A program made the translations under genes and the position numbers. DNA of 64,000 bases, from assembly GCA_964016885.1 (NCBI GenBank), contig OZ024764.1, positions 11,470,001 to 11,534,000 of the forward strand, given 5' to 3'. Under the pieces are notes generated by a model. It was not told the origin of the DNA. It searched no databases and saw only the letters and a list, made by a program, of their open reading frames with translations. This stretch comes from Eledone cirrhosa (Eukaryota). Positions 12,622 to 26,343 of this stretch are shown piece by piece. How positions within the stretch are numbered: the stretch's first letter is position 1; each line of letters opens with the position of its first letter.

Positions 12622-13203
12622 ATCATCATCATCTTCGTTTAACACCATCTTCCACGCTAGCATGGGTTAGACGGGAGTTGTTCCACTTGAGGCAAGGTTG
12701 GTCGGGTGACCGTGTCTCGCTCATATAGGACTGTCTGGCAGGTTTTCTACGGCTGGATGCCCTTCCTAACACCAACCACATTTACAGTGTGGAACTGGGA
12801 ACGTTTTACTATGTTACCTACACGGCCACATTACAGCGTGGACTGTGTTTTTTTGTTGTGACACCTACACGATCTCGCTCACATTATCTCATTTATTTGG
12901 ACTGGATGGGTTGTGGTACCAACTTTACAGAGAGAGGGTAGTGTTGGTGGATAGGGTAGGGGTAGTGGATTGGGGTGTATATTTGGTTAAGAGGTGCCTA
13001 CTGACTGTAGGTTTCGCTTTGTACATAGGCAAGGCGGGTCTTCTGTATTACTCCGTAGCGCCAAAGATCTCGGTCCAGTGACATTGTCTTAGAGAGGTGC
13101 AAGTGTGTAAGGTCGGAATTTATCAGATCGTCCCAGGTTTTTCTTGGTCTACCTACTCCGTAACTACCATCAATTTTGATCGCCCTGCACTTTTTTATAC
13201 AGC

Positions 13204-13208
<5 letters not shown>
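12622..13208 (-). mobile_element. RTE LINE 3' fragment (ORF end, 3' UTR, tail)
   Basis: DSCIKKCRAIKIDGSYGVGRPRKTWDDLINSDL...DRDLWR, homologous to 42472-42660. Confidence 0.92.
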
Positions 13209-13239
<31 letters not shown>

Positions 13240-13243
<4 letters not shown>

Positions 13244-13422
13244 CATCATTATCATCATCCTCGTTTAATGTCCATCTTCCATGCTAGCATGGGTTGGACT
13301 GGAATTGTCCCAATTGAGGTAAGATTGAGTGGGTGACCGTGTCTCGATCGTGTAGAACTGTATCTGGCAGGTTTTCTGTATGAATCATCATCATCATCAG
13401 CATTTTACGTCCGCTTTTCCCT
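13240..13422 (-). mobile_element. Two further short RTE 3' termini
   Basis: (CAT)n plus cgtttaatgtccatcttccatgctagcatggg; then (CAT)n plus ttttacgtccgcttttccctg. Confidence 0.8.
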
Positions 13423-13467
13423 GATATATATACATATATATATATATATATATGAAAATATACATAC

Positions 13468-13500
<33 letters not shown>

Positions 13501-13588
13501 TATACACACACATACATTTATATATATACACACACACATATATATACACACACACATACATATATATATATACACACACACAGATACA

Positions 13589-13630
<42 letters not shown>

Positions 13631-13642
13631 CACACACATACA

Positions 13643-13680
<38 letters not shown>

Positions 13681-13881
13681 CATACATATATATATATACA
13701 CACACAAACACACATATATAAATGTACATACATATATACTCACACACACACATATATATATATATATACACACTCACACACACATATATATATACACACC
13801 CACACAAATGCACATATATATATACACATATACACACACAAACACTTATATATGTACTACACACAGACACACACACACACA

Positions 13882-13969
<88 letters not shown>

Positions 13970-14021
13970 CACACACACACAAACATATATATATACACAT
14001 ACACACAAACACACACATATC

Positions 14022-14069
<48 letters not shown>

Positions 14070-14384
14070 CACGCACATATATCTATATATATATACACAC
14101 TCACATATACTGCACCTTTTGTTAATTGGTTTCCAGAAGTCAAGACTAAAAAAAATATGATGAAAAAATGACAAATGTCAAATTAACCCCCTATAACCTC
14201 CTATAAACCCCTAATAGGTATTCCCTACATTACTTTATGCTGTATATTTTAGCATTTATTCAAATGGGATTTTATATGTTTCTTCCGGTTTTTTTTAGTG
14301 TTTTTTCTGGTCTAATATTTTTGGCAGACTGATGTAAAGTTGAGTTAACCCTTTAGTATTTATATTACTCTATATTTATTACCG

Positions 14385-15622
14385 AAACCAGTAAAACAGT
14401 CCTGGGGTCGATATGATCAAATAAATCAAGGCAGTGCCCCAGCACGATCAAAATCTGAGAGCTAAAACTAACAAAACAGTCCTGGGGTTGATATGATCAA
14501 CTAAATCTCTTTAAGGTGATGCTCCAGCATGGCCACAGCCTAGTGACTGAAACTAACAAAACAGTCCTGGGGTTGATATGATCAACTAAATCAAGGCAGT
14601 GCCCCAGCATGGCCACAGTCTAATGACTGAAACCAGTAAAAGAAGGCAGTGCCCCAGCATGGCCACATTCTAATGACTGAAACCAACAGTCCTAGGGTTG
14701 ATATGATCAACTAAATCTCTTTAAAGTGGTGCTCCAGCAAGGCCACAGTCTGAGAGCTGAGAGTAACAAAACAGTCTTGGGGTTGATACGATCAACGAAA
14801 TAAAGGCAGTGCCCCAGCATGGCCACAGTCTGACAACTGAAACCATTAAAACAGTAGTGAGAGAGATTGATATGATCAACTAAATCTCTTTAAGGTGGTG
14901 CCCCAGCATGGCCAGAGTCGAATGGCAAAAATCAGTGAAAGATTGCTTGGGTTGATATGATCAAATAAATCAAGGCAGTGCCCCAGCATGGCCACAGTCT
15001 GACAACTGAAACCATTAAAAGAGTAGTGAGAGAGAGATTGATATGATCAACTAAATCTCTTTAAGGTGGTGCCCCAGCATGGCCACAGTCGAATGGCAAA
15101 AACCAGTGAAAGATTGCTTGGGTTGATATGATCAAATAAATCAAGGCAGTGCCCCAGCATGGCCACAGTCTGACAACTGAAACCATTAAAAGAGTAGTGA
15201 GAGAGAGATTGATATGATCAACTAAATCTCTTTAAGGTGGTGCCCCAGCATGGCCAGAGTCGAATGGCAAAAACCAGTGAAAGATTGCTTGGGTTGATAT
15301 GATCAAATAAATCAAGGCAGTGCCCCAGCATGGCCACAGTCTGACAACTGAAACCATTAAAACAGTAGTGAGAGAGATTGATATGATCAACTAAATCTCT
15401 TTAAGGTGGTGCCCCAGCATGGCCACAGTCGAATGGCAAAAACCAGTGAAAGATTGCTTGGGTTGATACGATCAACGAAATAAAGGCAGTGCCCCAGCAT
15501 GGCCACAGTCTGACAACTGAAACCATTAAAACAGTAGTGAGAGAGATTGATATGATCAACTAAATCTCTTTAAGGTGGTGCCCCAGCATGGCCACAGTCT
15601 AATGGCTAAAGCCAGTAAAAGA
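14385..15622 (+). repeat. Tandem array of a SINE 3' segment with ~170-bp dimeric higher-order repeat
   Basis: Monomers carry gccccagcatggccacagtc with alternating aaatcaaggcagt and aaatctctttaaggtggt types; gattgcttgg recurs at 14941, 15112, 15283, 15452. Single copies occur at ~37970-38055 (+) and 41130-41190 (-). Confidence 0.88.
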
Positions 15623-15942
15623 TTGTGAGATGTGGAGAGAATAAAAGAAGTTATTTTGACAGTCGCTGTTCAGATAATGCCTTTTATTGCAAATATTGAG
15701 ATGACATTTGAAAGTGTTATCTTTCGGCAAGATGAAAATTGATCATATCGTCCTTCAGCCTGGAATAATTTCTTGGCTCTCAGTTTTCCCCTTACTCAGC
15801 CTTCAATGATGTCAGCCTAGGAAAGATAAGACAAAGATTGTGCTGCTATTAAGGCGTCTATGTGTGGTGTAGTGGGTAGTGTGTCAGGCTCTCAATTCAT
15901 GAGTGAATTCATGAATTCAATTCTGGTAATGTTTGTTGTTTA

Positions 15943-16120
15943 TTGGCAGTATCGGTAGAGGGTCGGACGCCATGCTTTCCAGCATAGTTACGTCCCTTTA
16001 CGATCTGAGTTCAAATCCCACCGAGGTTGACTTTGCCTTTCATCCTTACGGGGTCGATAAAATAAAGTACCAGTAATGCACTGGGTAATTGCTGGCCTTG
16101 TACCTAAAGTAGAAACATTA
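15943..16120 (+). mobile_element. tRNA-derived SINE with gcctttcatcc..ggggtcgataaa central domain (Meta-like)
   Basis: tggcagtatcggtag A-box-like, gagttcaaatccc B box, 3' gccttgtacctaaagtagaaac(att)n; many copies in the window. Confidence 0.85.
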
Positions 16121-16233
16121 TTCGAATTATTATTTACATCGCAGCACACACACTTTAGATTAAGTGAAAAGATTTTTGTGTGTCTTTTTGTGTATATAAA
16201 TTTGGAAGGAAACACACACACACATATATATAT

Positions 16234-17210
16234 ATATAAAATTATTAAGCATCTTGCCAACAATCCTGAGTACCTTTTTGAATTCCATGTGTCTAACCAT
16301 ACTCTGAACACCTTGCTACTCTGGGCATGGATACATTAAAGCTCCAACGTCTGGCAACTGACTTGGTGAACATCCACAAAATTATTAACCATCTTGCCAA
16401 CAACAACCCTGAGCAGCTTTTTGATTTCCATGTGTTTAACACACGTGGGCATGCTTACAAAGTAAAAAAAACAGCACAGCCGCCATGACTTTCGGTAACA
16501 TTTTTTCATGCTCAGAATTGCTGAAGCATGGAACAAACTACCTGCATCAGTTGTTAGCTGTCGAGACACTGCATCCTTTAAAACCTCCATGGAACAAACT
16601 CCCTGCATCAGTTGTTAGCTGTTGAGACGCAGCATCCTTTAAAACCTCCATGGAACAAACTACCTGCATCAGTTGTTAGCTGTTGAGACTCTGCATCCTT
16701 TAAAACCTCCATGGAACAAACTATCTGCATCAGTTGTTAGCTGTCGAGACACTGCATCCTTTAAAACTTCCATGGAACAAACTCCCTGCATCAGTTGTTA
16801 GCTGCCGAGACACTGCATCCTTTAAAACCTCCATGGAACAAACTACCTGCATCAGTTGTTAGCTGTCGAGACACTGCATCTTTTAAAACCTCCATGGAAC
16901 AAACTACCTGCATCAGTTGGTAGCTGTCGAGATTCTGCATCCTTTAAAACCTCCATGGAACAAACTACCTTCATCAGTTGTTAGCTGTCGAGACACTGCA
17001 TCCCATAAAACCTCCATGTTTCTTGAAAGTCAACAGCACTACACCTGATATTCCCCCTCTATACACATGCACGCATGTATCTGTGTGTATATAATGACTC
17101 TTACACTGTTCACTTTCCTGACATTTGTACATTATTCTATGTACTATACATACACCTTTGATGAGTTGTAGTGCACCTGAGCACTGTACACAATAATTTC
17201 ATTATTATAT
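16234..17210 (+). mobile_element. CR1-clade LINE 3' fragment with 61-bp tandem expansion (~8 copies, 16528-17018)
   Basis: LGMDTLKLQRLATDL..HKIIN...TRGHAYKV...HDFR*HFF.LRIAEAWNKLPASVVSCRDTASFK, then a 3' UTR ending gtgcacctgagcac...(att)n. Confidence 0.88.
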
Positions 17211-17289
17211 GTATTTATGTGTATGTTTCCAAATTTAACATGAACCTAATTTAACTGTGTAAGTTTGTCTCCTGCGTTTTGTTTGTTTC

Positions 17290-17353
<64 letters not shown>

Positions 17354-17358
<5 letters not shown>

Positions 17359-17665
17359 TGTTTTTATAGACATTTATTTGTGTGTCATGTGTGTGTGTGT
17401 GTATATAACCACTTTACAGTATGGGCTGGGTGTCTGTTTTTATAAACATTTATTTGTGTGTGTGAGTGTGTGTGTGTATATAACCACTTTACAGTATGGG
17501 CTGGGTGTCTGTTTTTATAAACATTTATTTGTGTGTGTGAGTGTGTGTGTGTGTATAACCACTTTACAGTATGGGCTGGGTACTTTTTGTTGTTACCAAC
17601 ACGTCCACTTTACAGTATGGACTGGGCAGTTTTTGTGGTGTCGCCAACACAACCACTTTGCAGTA
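17354..17665. repeat. 75-bp tandem triplication joining a SINE/RTE-tail fragment to flanking (GT)n DNA
   Basis: taaccactttacagtatgggctgggt at 17406, 17481, 17556. Confidence 0.8.
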
Positions 17666-18307
17666 TGTGCTTGAGGCTTCACTGGATGTATACTTCAGCT
17701 TGTCCTCATGCGAGATGTCAATAGAATCGAATCCATCCCTTTAGAATTATAAACTGTGTCTTTGATTAGAAATATGGCAATGGAAACGTTAAATTGCAGA
17801 TCTGAAAATTTATGTCTTGTTTTCTTTCCATTTCATTCAATTTCTAGTTTGTCTGCTACAAAATATCTCAACATTCGGAAATTTGGAGACTCTACATAGT
17901 TTTGAATGCTATCATTGTTTGACCATAAGATTTAAAATGGTGTCAGACAGATGTTTTACTCTACAGATGCCTGGAAGAGGTAAGTTGGCAATCAAATAAA
18001 TCAAATATTTACTTATTTATTTATTCAATTATGTATTTAATTATTTTAACCTCTTCAGTGCCGTAGACAAGATATGTCGTCCTAACATGTATGCATTCCA
18101 GTGCAACAAATGAAATAACTCGTCCTAATATGTTTGAATTCGTTTCCAACAGTTCATACCTTCACAGTTGTGAACTCATTTCCAACAGTTCTCTGAGACT
18201 GGTAATATTTCTGTTGTTGAATCTTTTCTTAACCTCCATGTACTCAAATATTTTGTTTCTAGTTGGTAGATTCGTTTTTACAATAGATTGTATCTCGAAT
18301 TTTGGTA

Positions 18308-19060
18308 TTAGGTTGTCCAAAAAATAATGGCCGATTTCAGAAACATAATTTTATTCTGGAAAAATTAACAACAGAAATGTTTTGATTAGTTAAAGTATGA
18401 GCTGCGAACATCTATACATCTCTGTCTATTGACTAATCGGTCAAGAAAAGGATCATTGGTGTTTCACAGAAAGAGCATCGAGCACACTTCAAAACACCAA
18501 ACATTTTGATTTTCATTGAGCTCATGTGGTACCCATTTATCGGGCTTTTTCACCTTACCAATCTTCTGCAGATGGTGTGAGACCGTTGCAATAGCGACAC
18601 CGAGTGCCTGAGACATTTCTCTGACACTTTGACGTGGGTTTTGTTCAACAATTGCTTTCAATTGTTCATTGTCAAGACTGCATCACCGTCCTCTACCTTC
18701 TTCATCTTCAAGGCTCTCGTCACCACTAGGGAATTTCTGAAACCACCTTCGTACTGTGCGATCACTTGTGGACCCCTCTCCCCATGCTCTGTTGATATTG
18801 GCCGCTGTTTGGGAGGCATTGTGCCCAAGCTTGAACTCAGGCAAGAAAAGTAAGCGAAGGTCCTTTTTTGTCATGTTCATAATTAAGGGCGCCTGTGCTT
18901 CAAGAATGTTTTCTGTCTGAAATAAGTAGAAAATTATTAAAAAGCATACATCAATTATTAAGTATGTCAAAATTCACGTAAAATATAATTAAACTACTAT
19001 GATAAAATTGCATTTCAAAACACAACACTTAGAGTGGCCATTATTTTCGGAACAACCAAA
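18308..19060 (-). mobile_element. Internally deleted mariner transposon; transposase pseudogene (~18420-18880)
   Basis: HTH region RTVRRWFQKF.SGDESLEDE.GRGR and the WVPHEL motif; in-frame stops; catalytic domain missing; imperfect TIRs ttaggttgtccaaaaaataatggcc / ggccattattttcggaacaaccaaa; TA on the left. Confidence 0.93.
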
Positions 19061-19395
19061 TTTTTTCTCTTTAATGACCTGCTTTAAGATGTTCTCTCTC
19101 TCTAACTGGTAATATTTCTGTTGTTGAGTCTGTTCGTAAACTCCAGTTATTCAAAGATCTTGTTTATTGTTGGTAGATCTCTGACAATATATTGTCATCT
19201 ATTGGACAACTGTTGATTCTGGCGTTGTTGTAGAAGTTCATCTTGTTTTAAAAGGTAGTGATTAAATGTGTCTAGCTGAAAAGGAAAAAAAATTGTTTTG
19301 TGTATATAGAGTATACACGTGCTTGTATGTGTGTTTCTAATTTGCCTGTATGAAGCTAAGGATATATGTGAATGTATATATGAGGATATATGTGA

Positions 19396-19963
19396 ATCAT
19401 CATCATTGTTTAACGTCCATTTTCCACGCTAGCATGGGTCTGGACGGGAATTGTCCCACTTGACGCAAGATTGGTTGTCTTGCTCAGGACTGTCTGGCGG
19501 GTTTTCTACGGCTGGATGCCCTTCCTAACACCAACCACGTTTACAGTGTGAACTGGGAGGTTTTTACCGTGTTACCTACACGGCCACATTACAGCGTGGA
19601 CTGTGTTTTTTTTTTGTCGTGACACCTACACGTCTGGCAGGTTTTCTACGGCTGGATGCCCTTCCTAACACCAACCACGTTTACAGTGTGGACTGGAAGG
19701 TTTTTACCGTGTTACCTACACGGCCACATTACAGCGTGGACTGTGTTTTTTTTTTGTCGTGACACCTACACGTCTGGCAGGTTTTCTACGGCTGGATGCC
19801 CTTCCTAACACCAACCACGTTTACAGTGTGGACTGGAAGGTTTTTACCGTGTTACCAACACGGCCACATTACAGCGTGAACTGTGTTTTTTTTGTTGTGA
19901 CACCTACACGACCTCATTTATTTAGGACTGGATGTTGTGGTACCAACATAACTTTATATTGAA
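19396..19963 (-). mobile_element. RTE 3' UTR copy with 140-bp internal triplication
   Basis: gttttctacggctggatgcc at 19501, 19641, 19781; (CAT)n tail at the left. Confidence 0.9.
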
Positions 19964-20052
19964 AGGAATATATATTTAAATATAGATTCTTGAATTGTGT
20001 TAGGGGTAACCACAATTAATAAAGGTATTCAATACAGTTAGAGAATAAGCAT

Positions 20053-20543
20053 CCACCGAGGTTAACTTTGCCTTTCATCCTTAAGGGGTCGATAAAATAA
20101 AGTACCAGTAATACACTGAGATAATTGCTGGCTTTGTGCCAAAAGTAGAAACAATTATTATATATATATTTATATATATATATATAATAATTGTTTTTAC
20201 TTTTGGCACAAGGCCAGTAATTATCCCAGTGTATTACTGGTACTTTATTTTATCAACCCTGTAAGGATGAAAGGCAAAGTTAACCTGGACGGGATTTGCA
20301 CTCTGAGGTGAACTTTGCCTTTAATGGTGGATTGGCAGTATCAGTAGACTGTCGGACACCATGCTTCGTGGCATAGAGTTATGGCCCTTTATGTTCTGAG
20401 TTCAAATCCTGCGGAGGGTAGCTTTGCCTTTCATCCTTACAGGGTCGATAACATATAGTACCAGTAATGTACTGGGGTCGATTTATTCAGCTTTCCCCTG
20501 CCACTAAATTGCTGGCCTTGTGCCTAAATCAGAAACCATTATT
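20053..20543. mobile_element. SINE cluster: tail-to-tail inverted pair (20053-20298) plus full + strand copy (20325-20543)
   Basis: Same family as 15943; the arms are separated by ~25 bp of (TA)n. Confidence 0.88.
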
Positions 20544-20554
20544 CTAAACACATA

Positions 20555-20649
<95 letters not shown>

Positions 20650-20684
20650 TCATCATCATGTCCATTTTCCACGCTAGCATGGGT

Positions 20685-20730
<46 letters not shown>

Positions 20731-20803
20731 TATATATATATATAATATACGATAAAGTATGTCCATAGAATCATTTGATAAAATATATACATTATTTCCT
20801 TGC

Positions 20804-20834
<31 letters not shown>

Positions 20835-21164
20835 CTATATATATATATATACTATATATATAATATATATAAATATATATATATATAGTATATACATATA
20901 TATATACACACACACACATATATAATATATATGTATATATATATAATATATATATATACACACATATATATACATATTTATACATATATATACATACATA
21001 TATATACATATATATATGTATATATATATACATATATATATAATGTATATATACACACACACTCACAAACATATACACATATAAACATATATATACATAT
21101 ATATATATACATACATATATATATATTTCTATATATATATATGTATGTATATATATATATATAT

Positions 21165-21211
<47 letters not shown>

Positions 21212-21217
21212 CATATA

Positions 21218-21279
<62 letters not shown>

Positions 21280-21284
21280 CATAC

Positions 21285-21373
<89 letters not shown>

Positions 21374-21388
21374 CATATATATATATAC

Positions 21389-21433
<45 letters not shown>

Positions 21434-21613
21434 AACACCTCCTCCTGCCCCCACCCCCCTCTAGTTACCTATTCCTCTTCCTTGCTCCTCCAAGGGGAGA
21501 TAAAAATCAGGAAATACATTCTGGGAACAGATGAACCTATTAACCTTTCTCCATAGAAATTTGAATAAACTAAATTAGAAACACCTTATTTTTTTCTCTT
21601 TATCTCTGAGTAT

Positions 21614-21705
21614 TTGTGGTGGTGGTTGTTGTTGTTGCTGCTGCTGTTGTTGTTGTTGTTGCTGTTGTTGTTGTTGTTGTTGTTACTGCTGCTGCTGTTG
21701 TTGCT

Positions 21706-21757
<52 letters not shown>

Positions 21758-22240
21758 TTGCTGTTGCTGTTGATGTTGATGTTGCTGCTGCTGCTGTTGT
21801 TGTTGTTGTTGTTGTTGGTGTTGCTGTTGTTGCTGCTGCTGTTGTTGTTGTGCCTCTTGAGGTTATTGTTGTTGTTGTGTTGGATCTTTTTCTTTCTCTC
21901 TGTCTTTATTTTTTCTCCATGTTTTCTTCTTCTTCTTCTTTTTTGCCTTCTTCTTCTTCTTTGCCTTCTTCTTCTTTGCCTTCTTCTTCTTCTTCTTTGC
22001 CTTCTTCTTCTTCTTTGCCTTCTTCTTCTTCTTCTTTGCCTTCTTCTTCTTCTTCTTCTTCTTCTTCTTCTTCTTCTTTGCCTTCTTCTTCTTCTTCTTT
22101 GCTTTCTTCTTTGATTTCCTCTTCTTCTTCTTTGCCTTCTTTCTTCTTCTTTGCCTTCTTCTTTCTTCTCCTTTGCCTTCTTCTTTCTTCTTCTTTGCCT
22201 TCTTCTTCTTCTTCTTCTTTGCCTTCTTCTTCCTCCTCCA
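21614..22240. repeat. (GTT/GCT)n followed by (CTT)n/TTGCC trinucleotide tracts
   Basis: Direct reading. Confidence 0.95.
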
Positions 22241-22373
22241 GGCTGTTGCTATGACCCCCCCCCTCTATCACACACATATTTCCTGTCCGTCTGTCTGTGT
22301 GTTATATGTTTTAAACACTACCATCTTTATCAATATTAATAGGGTGATGATTATATATATCTGATGGTGGTGT

Positions 22374-22404
<31 letters not shown>

Positions 22405-22429
22405 GGTAGTAGTAGTAACAATAATAATA

Positions 22430-23362
22430 ATGATTTCTTTATTGGCTACGTTTGGCACAAGGCCAGCAATTATCCCAGTACATTACTGGTACTTTATTGT
22501 ATCGACCCTGTAAGGATGAAAGGCAAAGTTAACCTCGGCGGGATTTGAACTCAGTCCGTAGAGGGACGTAACTCTATGCTGGAAGCCAAAGTTAACCTCA
22601 GCGGGATTTGAACTCAGAACGCAAAGGGGCGTAACTCTATGCTGCAAACCATGGCGTCCGACCCTCTACCGATAAGGCACAAGGCCAGCATTTTTTGGGG
22701 AAGGGAAAGTCGATTAAATCGACCCCCAGTGCATTACTGGTACTTTATTTTATCGACCCCCATAAGGATGAAAGGCAAAGTTAACTTCGGCGGGATTTGA
22801 ACTCAGACCGTAAAGGGCCGTAACTCTATGCGCCAAAGCATGGCGTCCGACCTTCTACCGATACTGCCATAATAATAATAATAATAATGATTTCATTTAT
22901 TGGCCACAAGGGCAAACTTGTATTGTCCCCTAAATGTCGGCCCTTGTTGTCAATAAATGAAATTATTATTATCAGTAGAGGGTCGAACACCATGCTTTGC
23001 TTGCAGCAAAGAGTTACCTCTCTTTATGGTCTGAGTTCAAATCCCGCCGAGGTTAACTTTGCCTTTTATCCTCACGAGGTTGATAAAATAAAGTACCAGT
23101 AATACACTGGGGTAATTGCTGGCCTTGTGCCAAAAGTAGAAACAATTATTATTGCTACGATTATTATATAAATAATTGTTTCTACTTTTGGCACAAGGCC
23201 AGCAATTATCCAGTACATTACTGGTACTTTATTTTATCGACCCCGTAAGGATGAAAGGCAAAGTTAACCTCGGCGGGATTTGAACTCAAACCATAAAGGG
23301 ACGTAACTCTTTGCTGCAAAGCATAGCGTCAGACCCTCTACCGATACTGCCAGTCCACCGCC
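22430..23362. mobile_element. Cluster of four or more Meta-like SINE copies including an inverted pair (22972-23362)
   Basis: Repeated aaaggcaaagttaacctcggcgggatttgaactc and its reverse complement. Confidence 0.88.
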
Positions 23363-23539
23363 TATTATATAAATAATAAAAATCTTTACACGCGCAAAAC
23401 CCACATCGTACCGTCTTGTACCGTCCTGTGCTGTCTGTAATGTTTTTCTTGATGTCAGCCCTTGTGGCCAATAAAGAAATTATGTAGAAACAATTATTAT
23501 TATTATTATTATTATTATTATTTTTATCATTATTATTAT

Positions 23540-23871
23540 TCTTTGAGTCTCAGTCATTGATGTTATTTAACTGGAAAGTTTGTTCAAATAAATATCAAGC
23601 CCCTACCTGCAGCCTCAGATATTCAGGACGTATCGGAGGGTTGTTGCTGTTCCCAGCAAGCATGCCTTTTGAAGTGTTCCATAAAGCGGGGCTGGACTAA
23701 TGTTCTTTAACCATCCTTGGAAACCCCTTGAGATAGTACCTAGTGCTCCTATGACAATTGGGACCACTTTGACTTCATGGCAGTTCCAAATCCTTTTTAC
23801 CTCCCACTTTAAATCCTGGTATCGGTTAATTTTCTCCCTCTCCTTTTCTTGCACTCTCGTGTCAAATGGCC
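23540..23871 (-). mobile_element. R4/Dong-like non-LTR retrotransposon 3' end (restriction-like endonuclease C-terminus) in (TAA)n
   Basis: PFDTRVQEKEREKINRYQDLKWEVKRIW...VVPIVIGALG...LQKACLLGTATTLRYVL*, with (TTA)n on both sides. Confidence 0.85.
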
Positions 23872-23887
23872 TTTATTATTATTATTT

Positions 23888-24299
23888 ATGGTGAACGCGT
23901 CTGAAAGGGCTGAAGACGAACACTTACCTCTTCGGTGATGCCCTGATTAACTTTTTATTTGAAAATGAAAATCAGGGAAGAGAGAGAAGTGCTCTCTTCC
24001 CAGCATTTTGTTGAAAGATGGGTGAGAATGGCCCGAGTGACTGGGCCTACTCTGAGTATATGTCTGTAAATTGAAGGTGGAAAACTGTGAGAGGGCACTA
24101 GCCCTGGTGGTCAGGGTCACTGGTTTTTTTTAATGGGCTTTCTCCACGATTGCCCTCGGATGTCTCCCCCCTATTGGAGAATTTTTCATTGTTCTTTTTA
24201 TTACATCCTCTGTTTTTTTTACACAAAGAAATGCCCATTTGTACTGTCCTGTATTGTCCTTAATGTCTACTTTGTGTAAAGCCTTGTGGTTAAGAAAGC

Positions 24300-24300
<1 letters not shown>
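23888..24300 (+). mobile_element. Probable L1/Tx1-like LINE 3' end
   Basis: Decayed frame W*TRLKGLKTNTYLFGDALINF/LKMKIREEREVLSSQHFVERW, then a UTR ending gccttgtgg..(att)n. Related 3' stubs (gcccttgtggccaataaagaaa) occur at 22890, 23458 and 24512. The clade call is from recollection only. Confidence 0.5.
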
Positions 24301-24327
<27 letters not shown>

Positions 24328-24331
<4 letters not shown>

Positions 24332-24480
24332 GCTTTGCAGCATAGAGTTACGTCCCTTTATGATCTGAGTTGAAATCTCGCCGAGGTTAACTTTGGCTTT
24401 TATCCTTACGAGGTTGATAAAATAAAGTACCAGTAATACACTGGGGTAATTGCTGGCCTTGTGCCAAAAATACAAACAAT
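24328..24480 (+). mobile_element. Meta-like SINE, 5'-truncated
   Basis: Homology to the 15943 family. Confidence 0.85.
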
Positions 24481-24947
24481 TATTATTATTACTATTATTA
24501 TTATTATTTTGGGGGCCCTTGTGGCTGCAAAAAAAAGAAATAATGATAATGATAATAACAATGTCTTCATCACCACCATCACCATCATCATCATCTTCAT
24601 CATCATCATCATCATTATTAAGATAGAGGTGAGAAGATGGTGGAGCTGTTGTGCATGGGTGGGTGGGTGGTATAAGGGGAGGTAATGTGAGGTAAACAGA
24701 AAGGAAATGAAATACACAATATTTATATATATAGTCACATACGTACATATATATATACAGTCACATACGTATATATGTGTGTATATGTGTATGTATATAT
24801 ATATAGTCACATACGTATATATATGTGTGTATGTATGTATATATATATATATATATATATTCACATACGTATATATGTGTATGTATATATATATGTATAT
24901 ATATACGTATATATATATATATGTATGTATGTATATATATATATAGG

Positions 24948-24984
<37 letters not shown>

Positions 24985-25163
24985 ATATGTATGTATGTAT
25001 ATATATATGTATATATGTATATATGTATATATATATATGTATGTATGTATGTATATATATATGTATATATATATATATGTATGTATATATATATATATAG
25101 TCACATATATTATATATATATAATGTATGTATATATATATAGTCACATATTATATATATATAA

Positions 25164-25206
<43 letters not shown>

Positions 25207-25252
25207 GCATATGTTTATATATACATATGAATATATATATATACATACATAC

Positions 25253-25285
<33 letters not shown>

Positions 25286-25302
25286 CATATATATATATAC
25301 AT

Positions 25303-25340
<38 letters not shown>

Positions 25341-25439
25341 TCTAAAGAAAGCCACAACAACACCTAATAAAATATACATTCAGGAGATAGCAAGTAAAAG
25401 AGGGGGAGGGTGGTGGGGGCAAAGAAAAGTTCAAAGAGA

Positions 25440-26133
25440 TTAATAATAGCAACAACAGTAACAACAACAACAACAGTAATAATAACAACAACAGTAATAA
25501 TATCAACAACAGCAACAATAACACCAACACCACCACCACCAACAATAACACCAACAACAACAACACCACCAACAATAACAACAACAACAATAACAACACC
25601 AACAATAACAACACCAACAACAACAACACCAACAATAACAACAACAACAATAACAACAACAACAATAATAACAACAACAATAATACCAAGACCAACAACA
25701 ACAACAACAACAACACCAACAATAATAACACCAACAACAACAACAACAGCAATAATACCAAGACCAACACTAATAACAACAACAATAATACCAACAACAA
25801 CACCAACACCAACAATACCAACAACAACAACAACAACAACAACAGCAATAATAATAACAGCAATAATGATAATTTCTTTATAACAATGAAAAAAATATAT
25901 ATATCTACTACAGGACTAATAATAATTATGATAATGTTGGTGGTGGTGGTAGTGGTGGGCATGGTGGTGGTGGTGGTGTGGTGGTGGTGGTGGTGGTGGT
26001 GGTGTGGTGGTGGTGGTGGTGGTGGTGTGGTGTTGTTGTTGGTGGTGGTGGTGGTGATAATAATATGTACGTTGACTGGTTGACTATGAAAAACAGAATG
26101 AAAATATAATTGGTTTTGTTTATCTGTAGTCTT

Positions 26134-26183
<50 letters not shown>

Positions 26184-26299
26184 ATGTTTGTGTGTGTGTA
26201 CGCATATATATATATGTGTGTGTATGTGTACGTATATATATATATATATGTGTATGTGTACGTATATATATATATATATATATATATGTGTATGTGTAC

Positions 26300-26343
<44 letters not shown>

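Noticed and set aside
23921-23945. aggg-CTGAAGA-cgaa..ttcg..ccct as a hammerhead
   Set aside because: It lacks GAAA and lies within a decayed LINE reading frame.
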